Part shown: in pieces, positions 1 to 11,288 of the stretch | Layout: every line of letters starts with the position of its first letter | Numbering within the stretch: the first letter of the stretch is position 1 | Assembly: GCF_964204645.1 (NCBI RefSeq) | Contig: NC_134033.1 | Span: 1,818,131 to 1,882,130, forward strand | DNA length: 64,000 nt | Reading direction: 5' to 3' | Origin: Tubulanus polymorphus | Lineage: Eukaryota; Animalia; Nemertea | The notes under the pieces: generated by a model | What the model was told of the DNA's origin: nothing | What the model saw: the letters and a program-made list of their open reading frames with translations, nothing else | Databases searched by the model: none | Made by a program: the position numbers and the translations under genes

Positions 1-62
1 TCCAGATTGTGATCAGTGAAACCGCTAATGTTATTAATTATTGTACGTTGACAATTTTTCAG

Positions 63-1525
63 AACGCGATCTTCTCGAATCGTTACCATTCAGTAAACAA
101 TGCGACCTAAACGAGATCGAGTTGGTTCGATTTCTCTACGAGAATAAACTGAAAAAGGTTCGTAAGCAAATGAAAATTATCAGTTTTAAGAGACTCGTAA
201 CAGGCAGCTGCAATCACTACCACGTCAGATAATCAGACCAACAAATCGTCTGATGAATTTTGTCCTGTCCCAAAAAGTTGTACAATTCACTATTTATATT
301 TTATTTTAGCCCATGGCGGACATATTTTTCTGTCGACCTTCGGAATTTTTTTGAAAACGGGGGAATTTCCACAAGGAAAGTGGTCCGAATGCATCTAAAT
401 TTTCATTACGTTATGTTATGCATGTCCGTCAGTGTTGACCCAATCTTCCCAAAAGCTAGCCGCTTTAGCGAATTTTTGCATAACGAGAGAAATCCCACAA
501 TAAATTCAGCCAAAAAAGGAGATATATATATGAGACGAGAAGATACACAATATCCGTGTAAGAAGATAACAAGAGAAATCCCACAATAAGTTCAGCCAAA
601 ACGAGAAACTTGAATAGAAGAGTTATATGTATTTGCGCAACGTTTCGGCTAAAGACTATTAGCCATCATCAGGCGTACTGTCCAGTACGCCTGATGATGG
701 CTTTGAGTACGCCTGATGATGGCTAATAGTCTTTAGCCGAAACGTTGCGCAAATATATATAACTCTTCTATTCAAGTTTCTCGTTTTGGCTGAACTTATT
801 GTGGGAGATATATATATATATTTCGAGCAATGTTTCGGTTATATACCATTAGCCATCATCAGGCGTACCTGAGAACAGACTGAAATAACGGAATAATTAT
901 ACAAGAATCAGACAATAGGATTAAGATTAAAGTAATTTAATTTAAGCCGGAGAACAAAGACGGCAAACAGCAAACTAGGGGTGAATATAATACGAGTTAA
1001 GGTAATTTAAAAACAAAGCCAGAAATTAAGGGTGATTAACGCGTTTCTTCTAATTATTTTCAGTACGATAAACCGAAAGATCTAGCGTTGCCGACGTCGT
1101 TGAGTAATCTGTGCGAGAATATCGACGTGATCATAAACCTCGCCGAACGTCATTATTATAACTGTGATTTCCGAGAATGTTTCAAAATTACTTCCACGTA
1201 AGTCGGGGGTTTTTTTTGGACGCCGTAATAATCTTTACAATAACGTTTATATACGTTGATACCTAGTAACAATTGCAATTGTGAATTTTGAATCTCAAAA
1301 TTTACTGTCTCCAGCCTAAGTACTTTAAGTGGACGTTCATTTACTGTAGTCGCTGCTTCCCTTTGGAATAACGTTGATAAACCACCTGCGTAATATTCAC
1401 GATGTCAACCAGTTTAAACGTTCACTTAAACATCTACTCTTTCAACGTGCCTATACTTAGTGATTATGAACCATCGCAGTGCGCCGGTGAACTTATCTTT
1501 TAAGAAACAGGCGCCTTATAAATGT

Positions 1526-1569
<44 letters not shown>

Positions 1570-4500
1570 TTTGGCATTTATTTTGTAATTAAATTTGTTT
1601 AATAACTTTTTTTTATTTGATAAATTTTGATGATTATTTTTGGAAAGGATACTATTCGTGATCTAACGTCTGCTCCAGGACCTCGGCTTGACAATCATAC
1701 AGTGATTTTGCGAGGTCCTGGTGATTGTCATGTATTAACTAATTATGAATATCATGGTTCCCACAGAACAGGGAAATTGGGAAAAACTTGGGAATTTTGA
1801 AATAATAATTCGCGGTTTGGAAATATTTGGGAATTTGAAAAATATTCCTCAAAACAGGGAAATATTTGGGAAATTCATTACATTTCACACATTGCATTTG
1901 CCAAGGGCAACTTTATTAAGGGCAACTTTCTTCAGCGATTTCCCTGGAAAATCACCTTTATCAACCAGTCACAGCTAAAATGTTGGCTGTAGCATGATAA
2001 TGTCTGTTCATTGCCATTCGGGAAAATTGAAAAATCACCCATGAAATACTTGGGAAAAACTTGGGAATTTTGAATTCATATAACTGTGGGAACCATGGAA
2101 TATATATTAGATAATCATCGAATAAATCGAATCGAAATCAGTTCCGACACGTCGTTGATATTTTTCAGGGTACTTAAAGAATCTCCGTTCAATAACGAAT
2201 GTTTACCGTTACACATTGCCGTATTGGTCGAATTGAATAAACCAATCAGTGAGTAGCGTTCGCAAATAATCATCGGAAATCCTAAAATGCTTAAATTTGA
2301 AGACCCAGAGTTCCACGGTAGTTGAGTCTGAGTTATATTTCATTAACTTTCTCAGTATTTTTTCAGTCTCGTTAGAGTCAAATTGAATATCCAGTGAACT
2401 GTGGAACCGATTTAGGATATTTTTATTTCAGCTCCTTTTCGTGTTTTCTATATTTGTAGAATTATTTCACTTGGCTCACAGACTGGTCGACATGTACCCG
2501 AATAAACCAGTAAGTGTTCCGCCGAGCGTCACCAACGTTCAATTTTGGAAAAATGACAAATTTGAAGTAAATTATGAAATTTGATTATTTCATTTTAAGT
2601 TGTTTTTTTTTCCTTTTTTGTTTGAAGGTGTCCTGGTTCGCTGTTGGTTGTTATTATTTAGTGGTCGGTAAAAATGAACCAGCTCGTCGATACTTCAGGT
2701 ACAATTTCAACTTGTTCCTTCAAAAAATGATTCAAAAATATCATAAAACGGCGATCTGATGACTATGATGTCATAGGGGGATTTACGATGGAGGCAAGAG
2801 TGTTTGAGAATTTTTACGCAATACTATGATGTCAAATGGTGATTAATAGCGGCAGACATGTTTCTGGAAGGGTCGACATAGATAAATTCACTTGTTAGTT
2901 TGATGATGTCATAGGGTGATTTCATTTCAATAGTAAGGTTCAAACATTTCTGTATTCTTATTAATCAGAATCTTTGATAAACCAGTCAGAAGAAAAAAAC
3001 TGATATATTTCTCAAGCCAGTGGTCATCAGGACCCAGTTCCACAGTTGTGAGTTAAGATTTAACTCATTGAAAATGAACTGATTTTGACTCAGAATTAAC
3101 TCTTAACTCACAACTGTGGAACTGGGTCCAGGTTTCAATCGGGTTCTGAAGTTATCTAAGTTCCTAGAAGCTACCACAACCACTACGAACATTAAAAAGG
3201 AATGATCCTATAAGGAGGCTGTAAGGGTTGAGTTGAGACTAATCTTTTAGTGACTGTTCATAGCTGTAACTGTTGATACTGGTAAATTGAGAGCTTTTAG
3301 TCAAATAACTTATTTAAAAGGGATACGTTGGTTTTTATGGTTTGTTCATTAAGTCTAGGTTAACCAAGAACTTCGTTGCTTCTTTTCCAATTGGTGTATC
3401 ATGGACTTTTCTAAAAAGCTGCTTTATTTCTGGATCGATGATACAATGTACTCTGTGAGACTTTGCTGACTCGTAGCAAGTCGTCTCCTTAGTTCCGGAC
3501 GTGTCTGGTATAGCGACAGTCGTAGAGATCGCTTCACTTCACTTCATACGACATGTAGAGATTCATTCACCTTTGTGTGAAATCTGAATTTTCTATCCGA
3601 TGAAAATAGTTGCAAGTTCGCAGCGCGCGTTGTGGGTAGATTTGATGATAGGGCGAGACACAGAGTGAGAAGAGAGAGAGGTTTGTGTTACTGCACAGTC
3701 ACTGATTACAGGTCTATGAACTTCAACATGAATTCTACCACTATCTCTACCACAATCTCTACGACTGCATTTAGAGCCTGCGGGTCTCCACCCTTAAGAT
3801 GGGATCACGTTTTCAGCTATAGTATTTACGCGTGCGGATATTTTCCGGCTTCAGTTTGCGGAATGATTCTGAACTCTGTTTCTATTCTAGTATTCACAAA
3901 GATCGGTCGCGACATTTATCAAACTATAATCATTCTCGCCTGGTTTGATTTACTGTTCGTATTTTCAGTGTTTCTACTTTATCCACTTCGAATATTCATT
4001 ATCCATACAATACTGAGTGAATATGTTCTCGGCCGTTACGACGACTGGTTTTTTGGACACGAAATTATAATTTGGGTTCTACCGCTGTTTCATACGTTTC
4101 AAATGGCAAAAAATTGGGGAGTAGTCACAATAAATTTTGAAAGACTTCTGGTAGTCGCGAGTCCGCTGTATTTTAGACGATTCTGGAACAAAAAACCAAT
4201 AATTTTTCTGTCGGTTTTAAACGTATTTTCTTCCGCAGTTTGTTACTGGCCGTATTATTTTCCACTACGTTTACCCGGAAGGGCCACGCGACGCTGTTTC
4301 GAACGTTTATTCACAATGGGAGCTTTTGGAGCGAAAACAATTCAAACGCCTTTCGTTTATAAATTTGAACGTGCACAGAACTACATCACTGATACTTACA
4401 TTTTCATGACTGTTCTTGTACCTTTCGGTTTTTTAATTGCGATAAATCTAACTTTGTTCGTAATTATGATATTTCGAAAACTAAATCGAAAGAAACAATT

Positions 4501-7500
4501 TCACGCGGACGCGGCGGCGCCCGGTGAAAAATCTACCGAACTCAAAATATTAAAACTGGTTCTTATAATTGTATTTGTGTTTTTCGTCTGTGAAATTCCC
4601 GCGTCGCTGGACCGTCTGATAAGTTACTTCTCATCGAAGTTTGGATTACGTCATGATTTATCTTTCGATAAACGAATGATCATGCGTAAAGTAGGAATTC
4701 TGCTGAGTATTTTTGACTCGTCCGCAAATTTTTTCGTTTACTGCGCGACAAACGGCGCCTTTAGGAAAAAAGCTAATAAGATTTTACTGATCAAGTATTT
4801 TTGTGATTCTAAATAGAACAGAAAAATAATTTCTTTCCATAAGAATCAGAACAAAATATGTACATCAACAACAGTGACAAGATGATTTAATTCAGTGTAA
4901 ACTTGATAATTTTTCGCATGCTGAAAGCTGGCTGCGTGACCTGTAAAAGCACTTTACACTGAAAACAATCTGAAAGCTCTTTACAAACTGCATAGATATA
5001 TATGATGGAAAGTCATGTCCCACAATCACAAAACCGAACATTTTTTAAAATGTAAATCTATTAACCCGTTCAGTGCATCTACACCGCAGCGCTGTGTATG
5101 AATGGGTGATGGATTTTGCAAGTACACCTCACTGCGGTGTATTGGTGTAATTAGTAATTAGTTTTTATCTCTATTGAAAGATGGCAGCACCTGTCAACAT
5201 AGTGAAATACTAGTAACTAACGATACACCGCGCCGCGGTAAAGACGCACTATAGTGGTATTCCCGTTATTCAACACACTAGGGTGGAATTTTTTAAAATT
5301 TTCAAATTATCTCCAGCACTAGGGCCTATAGGGTATTAATTAGTCAACACTGAACGGGTTAAGAATCTGAATTTTCGTGATGCATTCCTTGACGAATTCG
5401 AATTCTTAATAGATTTAAACATTATGATATTCACCCGTTATTAACAAAATTGATTTCATGATCGTGGGACTTATATTTTATGTATCGCTTTATTATAGAT
5501 TGTTGTAATTCTATCAGAAAAATGAATAATAATAAAAATAATTATAATAATAATTTTTCAGTAAGGCTACAGCGTTGGATCGTGTATTCAGCCCGGCGTG
5601 GCTCGCGTTTGGTCACTCATTTGCGTCGGAGAACGAACACGATCAGGCGATGGCTGCTTACTTCACCGCGTCACAACTCATGAAAGGGTCTGTATTTCGA
5701 TTCTAGTATCGTTCAGTTCTGAAAATCATTAATCATCAGCTGGGTTCTTACAGATCAGGGATATCTGGGAATTCCAGGCTTATTTCCTCGGTTGGGAAAA
5801 ACAGGGAATTCTGCGTCCAGTTCCACAGTTGTGAGTTAAGATTTAACTCTGAGGTAACTCTAACTCACAACTGTGGAACTGGGTCCTGAAACTTTTCGGG
5901 ATTTGAATTTTGGTGTGACGAGTGGCACAAGGAACCTCTTGATAAGAAACAGTCCTCACTGAGGATATCTTATAATTTAATCAGGGAATTAGAATTTTTG
6001 GTGTCTTGTTGTTCTTGCTGTGACGAGTGACACAAGGAACCTCTTGATAAGAAACAGCCCTCACTGAGGATATCTTATAATTTAATCAGGGAATTTGAAT
6101 TTTTGGTGTCTTGTTGTTTACTTGCTGTGACGAGTGACACAAGGAACCTCTTGATAAGAAACAGCCCTCGCTGAGGATATCTTATAATTCAATCAAGGAA
6201 TTTTTCGGCCAAGGGTCGCAGAAATATCGGGGAATTTCGGATTCCTCAACCTTTAAGAACTCTTGTGGCTGGATATCTTAAAATTTTAATGTCGTAAAAC
6301 GAACTGAATTCTTTCAAATAATGTGATTTGAATGTTGATTTCTCAATGTTTATTGTAGATGTCACCTGCCGGTGTTATACATCGGGTTAGAATACGGACT
6401 GACGAATAATCCAAAACTTGCCGAGAGATTTTTCAGCCAGGCTTTGAGCATCGCTCCCGAAGATCCATTCGTACTTCACGAAATGGGCGTCATAGCGTTT
6501 CAAAATCAAGAGTAAGTTTGAGTCCGAAGTTTTCGAAAGTACTGCGGAAATCAGCGGGTTCAGCTCCATTTTCGAGAATGATGGATAGTTTTAGGGTTTT
6601 TGTTTTCGTTCGTCTAGTTGGGAAACGGCGGAAAAGTTTTTCCGAGACGCCCTCGATAAGATCCGCGCCGTCAGTCGCGAGATGATTCCCGAGACGTGGG
6701 AACCGTTGTTGAACAACCTCGGACACGTCTGTCGAAAACTGAAGTAAGAATTCGTTCTCTCATCTGTTCACCGTCTGAATTTCTTTGAATTTTAAACTTA
6801 ACTGTCAAATTCATTAACGTCTGCCATTGATTGAATTTTAAACTCAACTGTCAAAATCATTTTCATCTGCCACTTTGAATTTTAAACTCGACTTTCAAAA
6901 TCATTAACGTCTGCCACTGATTGAATTTTAAACTAAACTGTCAAAACGATTTACGTCTGCTAGTGGTTTGAATTTGTGTCAAAATCATTTACATCTGCTA
7001 CTTTAAATTTAAACTCAACTGTCAAAATCATTAATGTCTGCAGCTTTGAACTTTAAACTCAACTGTCAAAATCATTAACGTCGGCTCACCCATTTCTTTC
7101 TGGCTATTTTGCTAATTTCGATTTAATAAAATCAAAAACTCCAAATAATTTTTCAAAAACTAATTTCTTGAATCTGCGTCTGCTATAGATTTTCAAACTC
7201 AACTATTGATTATTCAACTGCGTTTGTCGTTTCAGAAAATACGACGAATCGTTAGAATTTCACCGGCGAGCGCTGATATTGAGTCCTCAGAATCCGTCGA
7301 CGTATTCGACAATCGGTTACGTGTACGCATTGACCGGGGAGAGCAGTTTAGCCGTCGACTATTTTCATCGGGTAAATATTCGATTTTCGAAAAATGATTC
7401 AACGATCAGGGTGGACGATTGATGATTATGATAAATTATGTTAATTTCTTATATACCGCGCTCCGTGTGTAGCATGGTTTACAAATGAACAAGGCTATAA

Positions 7501-9341
7501 AAACAGTTAATTAAGAGAAAATTTTTTCAGCTCAGTTTTAAAAGTTACTTTCTTAACCCTTTCAGTGCTGACTAATTAATACCCCACTTCCCCAGCTGTG
7601 AATTAGATATTGGATTTAAATAAACGCTTTACCGAGATTAACAGTACTGATTTAAGAGTCTTCTGTATTTTGGATATGAAAGTGATGCAGACGCTTCATT
7701 GAAATATGAAATTTTCACCTTGAACCCTTTCAGTGCTGACTAGTTAATACCCTAAAGTGCTAGAGATAATTTGAAAATTTTGAAAAATTCCACCCTAGTG
7801 TGTTGAATAACAGGAATAGCACTATAGTGCGTCTACACCGCGGCGCAGTGTATCGTTAGTTACTAATGTTTCATTATGGCAGGTGCTGCCATTTCTCAAG
7901 AGAGATAATTACTAATTACATCAATACACCGCTGTGCTGTGTACTAGCAAAATCCATCCACTGATTCGTACACCGCACTGCGATGTAGACGCACTGAAAG
8001 GGTTAAGAGAAAAGTTTTTCAGCTCAGTTTTAAAAGTAACTTTCTTTAAGGATCAAGTGAGGAAAACACCTTGTCACGGAATAATCAGGGAATAAGCATG
8101 TCAAATAAAAGAGGCCACCTTCCTGATGACAGATTAAAGCCTTGCTACAACCGATGCTTAGATTTAAGACCGTTCATTAATTTGCAATTTCGTTCGTAAT
8201 TTCAGGCCCTAGGTTTGAGAAGGGACGACACGTTTTCGACGACGATGTTGACGAATTCGATCGAACAATTGATGGGCGAAATGGCTCCGTGCGAGGGTAA
8301 GTGACGTACGAACCCCGGATGTTCAAATCATCGGTCTCTTAGAAATATGATGGAGGCCAGTTTTATAAAGCCTCCTATTAAAACCTATATCAGGTATATT
8401 AAAGATAGAAATCCACTACGTACAAATTATAAGAATTTTGAAATCGAGAATTTATTTATTCATAAAATATGACACGACGTTTCGATCTCAACCTAGAGAT
8501 AAAAGTGGTCACCTTCCTGATGACTGATGATCTCTAGGGGTGAAAATTTTCGATAAGATAAATTCTCGATTTCATAATTCTTGTAATTTACACGTAGTGG
8601 ATGTTTACCTTTAATATACCTGATATAGGTCTTAATAGGAGGCTTTATAAAACTGGCCTCCATCATATTTCTAAGAGACCGATTTGTACACAGTGGGTTT
8701 CTATCTTATTATCCGTTCACCACGTTTGAGTGTGGTTATTGTACTATTATATCAGGTATGTTCTACTAAGGGGTCATTCATTTATTACGTACGCATTAGG
8801 GGAGGGGGGAGGGGGGAGGGGTCGGTGCAATTGCGTACTGTAATGCTTAATGTATATGAAAAAATGGCCGATTTTGCGTACAGAGGGGGAGGGGGGGTTG
8901 AAAAATTCAAATCTTATGCGTACGTAATAAATGAATGATCCCTAATACTGACTTGAGCTAGGTCACTCGACGTCCCCTCAAGCCAAGCTGCAATAGACGT
9001 CTGTGGCTGCAGTTGCTCAAAAGTTGGTCTGAGCTACCCAGTGGATAGTCGACATGGTGACAATTGAAAGTCCATTGTTGCTATGGTATTTCATCCACCG
9101 GTTATCTTTAACCGACGTTTGAGCGACCGGCCGCAGAAATTCAGCCCCGTTTGAGTCGTTATTCTTTTTCGAAACGTTTCTTCTAGATATGACGCAGGAA
9201 CCGATTTTGACCGGAACGACGAAATTCAGCTCGTCGTCGCTGGCGGAGACGTCGACGATCTCCGAGCCGTCGCTGATCGAAACCAGTACGCTGTCGGACG
9301 CTAGCCTGGCGATCGACATCGATATGGAAGGCAACAATTAA
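63..9341 (+). CDS. CDC16: Cell division cycle protein 16 (APC/C subunit 6, TPR), 5'-partial. Exons 63-157, 1064-1197, 2169-2248, 2460-2509, 2628-2698, 5562-5687, 6359-6511, 6618-6743, 7236-7371, 8206-8296, 9187-9341
   Basis: GT-AG flanked exons splice in frame to ERDLLESLPF...FLYENKLKK/YDKP...LAERHYYNCDF/...VSWFAVGCYY...ARRYF/SKAT...AWLAFGHSFASENEHDQAMAAYFTASQLMKG/CHLPVLYIGLEYGLTNN...WEPLLNNLGHVCRKLK/KY...ALGLRRDDTFSTTML. This closely matches metazoan CDC16 as I recall it. The last exon (ending IDIDMEGNN*) is inferred from phase and acceptor and is less certain. Confidence 0.95.
579..806. repeat. About 100-bp-arm inverted repeat carrying hammerhead motifs (Penelope-like terminal-repeat remnant)
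   Basis: 579-678 is the reverse complement of 706-806. Each arm carries CTGATGA-T-GGCTA...TAGCC-GAAACGTT. A further minus-strand copy lies at about 826-868. Confidence 0.85.
708..751 (+). ncRNA. Minimal type I hammerhead ribozyme motif (family 2)
   Basis: TACGC-CTGATGA-T-GGCTA-atagtctt-TAGCC-GAAA-CG-TT-GCGCA: intact core, 5-bp stem II, stem I CGC/GCG plus an outer T-A pair, palindromic ACGT in place of stem III. Confidence 0.7.
1290..1567 (+). mobile_element. L2/CR1-type LINE 3' fragment with (ATT)n tail
   Basis: Degenerate peptide GRSFTVVAASLWN...HLRNIHDVNQFKRSLKHLLF, typical of the L2 ORF2 C-terminus, followed by an (ATT)n tail. Confidence 0.7.
1753..2097. mobile_element. MITE with TIR CATGGTTCCCACAG and 6-bp TSD GAATAT
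   Basis: Terminal inverted repeats at both ends; GAATAT at 1747-1752 and 2098-2103. Confidence 0.8.
3031..3128. mobile_element. Short palindromic MITE (GACCCAGTTCCACAGTTGTGAGTTAA...); relatives at about 2303-2409, 5815-5886, 17557-17660
   Basis: Near-perfect hairpin flanked by CAG on both sides; several dispersed copies. Confidence 0.75.
3716..4816 (+). CDS. Intronless class A GPCR, FMRFamide/peptide-receptor-like (possibly chemosensory), nested in a CDC16 intron
   Basis: Seven hydrophobic segments; N-terminal NST glycosylation site; TM1 GxxxN, TM2 LAxxD, ERL in place of DRY, TM6 FFVCEIP, TM7 DSSANFFVYC. The start is ATG 3716 or 3728; the paralog at 52468 aligns to 3728. Confidence 0.88.
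   Translation: MNFNMNSTTISTTISTTAFRACGSPPLRWDHVFSYSIYACGYFPASVCGMILNSVSILVFTKIGRDIYQTIIILAWFDLLFVFSVFLLYPLRIFIIHTILSEYVLGRYDDWFFGHEIIIWVLPLFHTFQMAKNWGVVTINFERLLVVASPLYFRRFWNKKPIIFLSVLNVFSSAVCYWPYYFPLRLPGRATRRCFERLFTMGAFGAKTIQTPFVYKFERAQNYITDTYIFMTVLVPFGFLIAINLTLFVIMIFRKLNRKKQFHADAAAPGEKSTELKILKLVLIIVFVFFVCEIPASLDRLISYFSSKFGLRHDLSFDKRMIMRKVGILLSIFDSSANFFVYCATNGAFRKKANKILLIKYFCDSK
5061..5362. mobile_element. piggyBac-like MITE (TTAA TSD, CCC...GGG ends)
   Basis: TTAA-CCCGTTCAGTG...CACTGAACGGG-TTAA; second copy in the opposite orientation at about 7721-8006. Confidence 0.8.
5905..6200 (+). repeat. About 105-bp tandem repeat (3 copies), same family as 19135-19560
   Basis: Unit GTGACGAGTGACACAAGGAACCTCTTGATAAGAAACAGCCCTCACTGAGGATATC... 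is repeated. Confidence 0.85.
7721..8006. mobile_element. piggyBac-like MITE, copy 2 (partial end also at 7553)
   Basis: Reverse-orientation homolog of 5061-5362; the right end is GCACTGAAAGGG-TTAA. Confidence 0.75.
8329..8683. repeat. About 125-bp-arm inverted repeat with degenerate hammerhead remnants (family 3) at its centre
   Basis: 8329-8455 is the reverse complement of about 8558-8683. The centre has minus-strand ATCTCTAGGTTGAGATC-GAAACGTC and plus-strand CTGATGA...GATCTCTAGG. Confidence 0.7.
8770..8942. mobile_element. PIF/Harbinger-like MITE (TAA TSD); second copy at about 20100-20263
   Basis: TIR GGGGTCATTCATTTATTACGTACGCA / TGCGTACGTAATAAATGAATGATCCC flanked by TAA. Confidence 0.8.
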
Positions 9342-10328
9342 CCGTCGTCGGTACGAATCGGTGATAACCGCGCGAACGTCTGCCGGTAGATGGCGCTTTG
9401 ATTCGGCGATGAATTCCCTCGTATCCACTAATGACCGATCTGGTGGGGGTCGTGTGGGGGGTCTGGAATAAATCAGATTTCTCCCAATCAAGCTTTCAAC
9501 GTGTTCAGGGGAGCGGTCTAGTGGAGATCGAATTGAATTCTTATTTAAATATAAATCGTTAAGATCTCAGTGTGTTAGGAGGAGTAAAAATAAGGATCCC
9601 CCCTCCCCATCCGGGCAATTATGCTACATCCTCCCCACCCCCACCGCGGGCAATGCTTAATTTTAAATGATGAGTATTCGTTTGCTTTTTGTATAGAAAT
9701 ATCTTTGAGATTCAGTTCTGGTGAATTGTATGTAATGTATTTGTATAATAAATTTATATTTAATGAATTTGTAAAATTCCGAATTTGTTGTGTCAGGATT
9801 TGAACGGTATTAAGCTGAATGAGGAAGCCAAAAAACATTCTGGTGTCCCAGTAGCGGTAATGTAGTTTTGAAATGGTAAAGGAACTGAATGAAGGATGTT
9901 TTCTTGAGTGGTAGTGAGTTAAGTGTGAGCGGAATTGTTCCATTCAATTTAATGCTGGATTCGAACCCACGATCGTCCTGGATCAGTGCCGAATCTGCGG
10001 AGCCGCCCTGTGCAGGATCATTTCCCGCGGGCTGTCGTTGTGTAGCGGTCCGGTCTCCACGCTTGTAGTTAACACATTGTTTGATAGATGTCGCTCTGGT
10101 GGATATCTGAGGCCGGTCCGATTCCACAGTTCTGAGTTCGAGTTTAAATTGGTTAATTTTCAATGTAATAATAACCAATTGATGAAACACTATGTATTCC
10201 TTGTTGTGACGAGAATCCCACACGTATTGATATAACCTACCAGCAATTATCTTTAGATAATTGCTCGTAGATATAACGAAGGATCAAGTCCGAAAAGTTA
10301 CCTTTTAGCTATAAATTTATTCATCTTC

Positions 10329-10520
10329 TGTTTCGACTATATCCTATAATAGTCATCTTCAGTCATTTCCTGAAAAGGAATACTTAGGATATAGTCGAAA
10401 TGTCAAATAAACTACACTAGCTCAAGGAATACAATATTCCTGAAGATGACTATTAGGATAAAGTCGAAACGTTGAATAAACTACATTAACTCAAGGAATT
10501 CCTGAAGATGACTAAGGATA
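10329..10520 (+). ncRNA. Hammerhead family 1 cluster: one intact plus-strand motif (10435-10478), degenerate neighbours and an inverted copy (10329-10362)
   Basis: TATTC-CTGAAGA-T-GACT...AGTC-GAAA-CG-TT-GAATA, the same unit as the array at 15930-16740. Confidence 0.7.
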
Positions 10521-10538
10521 CTGAGGATAAGTCGATCA

Positions 10539-10700
10539 GGGCCTGGTTTCATAGATGTGGAAGCAAAATAATCCCTGGGAACATTTTGAAATTCGTCAGT
10601 TATAACCATGGTTTCTCATTGTTACTATGGTAGTTGTCACCCAGATTGAAGATTTACCCCTAGTGGATAACTTTGATACTCAGTCTATGAAACCGGGCCC
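10539..10700. mobile_element. Harbinger-like MITE (GGGCC termini); related elements at about 34914-35175, 36194-36302, 49290-49388
   Basis: GGGCCTGGTTTCATAGA...TCTATGAAACCGGGCCC flanked by CAG. Confidence 0.7.
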
Positions 10701-11288
10701 AGATGAATAAAATGTCGACCAGAATTGAATGAATGGATATATTTTCTGAAATGTACATTATAACATAGATATAATAATTGGTAAAATATGATTACTGATT
10801 GTATACATTCAACGTTTGAAGTTTTGCTGCCTTGAAAATAAACATAAGCAAAAGACGACAACGGCTCCGGGCTTCAAACTCAAAACTCTGAAATTACCAC
10901 GTCTTTGTTCCCATTGCATTTTGTATACGTTGTATCTAGGCCAATGGCTAGATTTTTTCGAGACAACTTTTTGAATTTCGACCTCGTTTAAGGTCATCTC
11001 AGAGGTCATGTCACTGAAAAAAGGTTTAGCGCATAGTTCCGCCGATAGGTGGCGCACTGGACCCATTCTTTGCACTACACAACTAGACCCCGTAACATTG
11101 TACCCATCAAGTTCGACCCACTATTAACGAAGCTAGTAGCTAAACAACATACAGACACACAGACCTTGAAAATCTTGAACACAAAAATGCCAATATTGCG
11201 TATAATTGTTGCAATAAATAGAATTGCATTTTCAACGTATTTTGAAACGCTCCAATATGTATTATAATATTTATAAACCCGTCAATGT

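Noticed and set aside
3632-3715. N-terminal extension of the GPCR ORF
   Set aside because: It starts at GTG and is interrupted by an insertion in the paralog; ATG 3716 or 3728 is more plausible.
9017-9491. Minus-strand ORFs of 102-106 aa
   Set aside because: Antisense shadows of the last CDC16 exon and its flanks.
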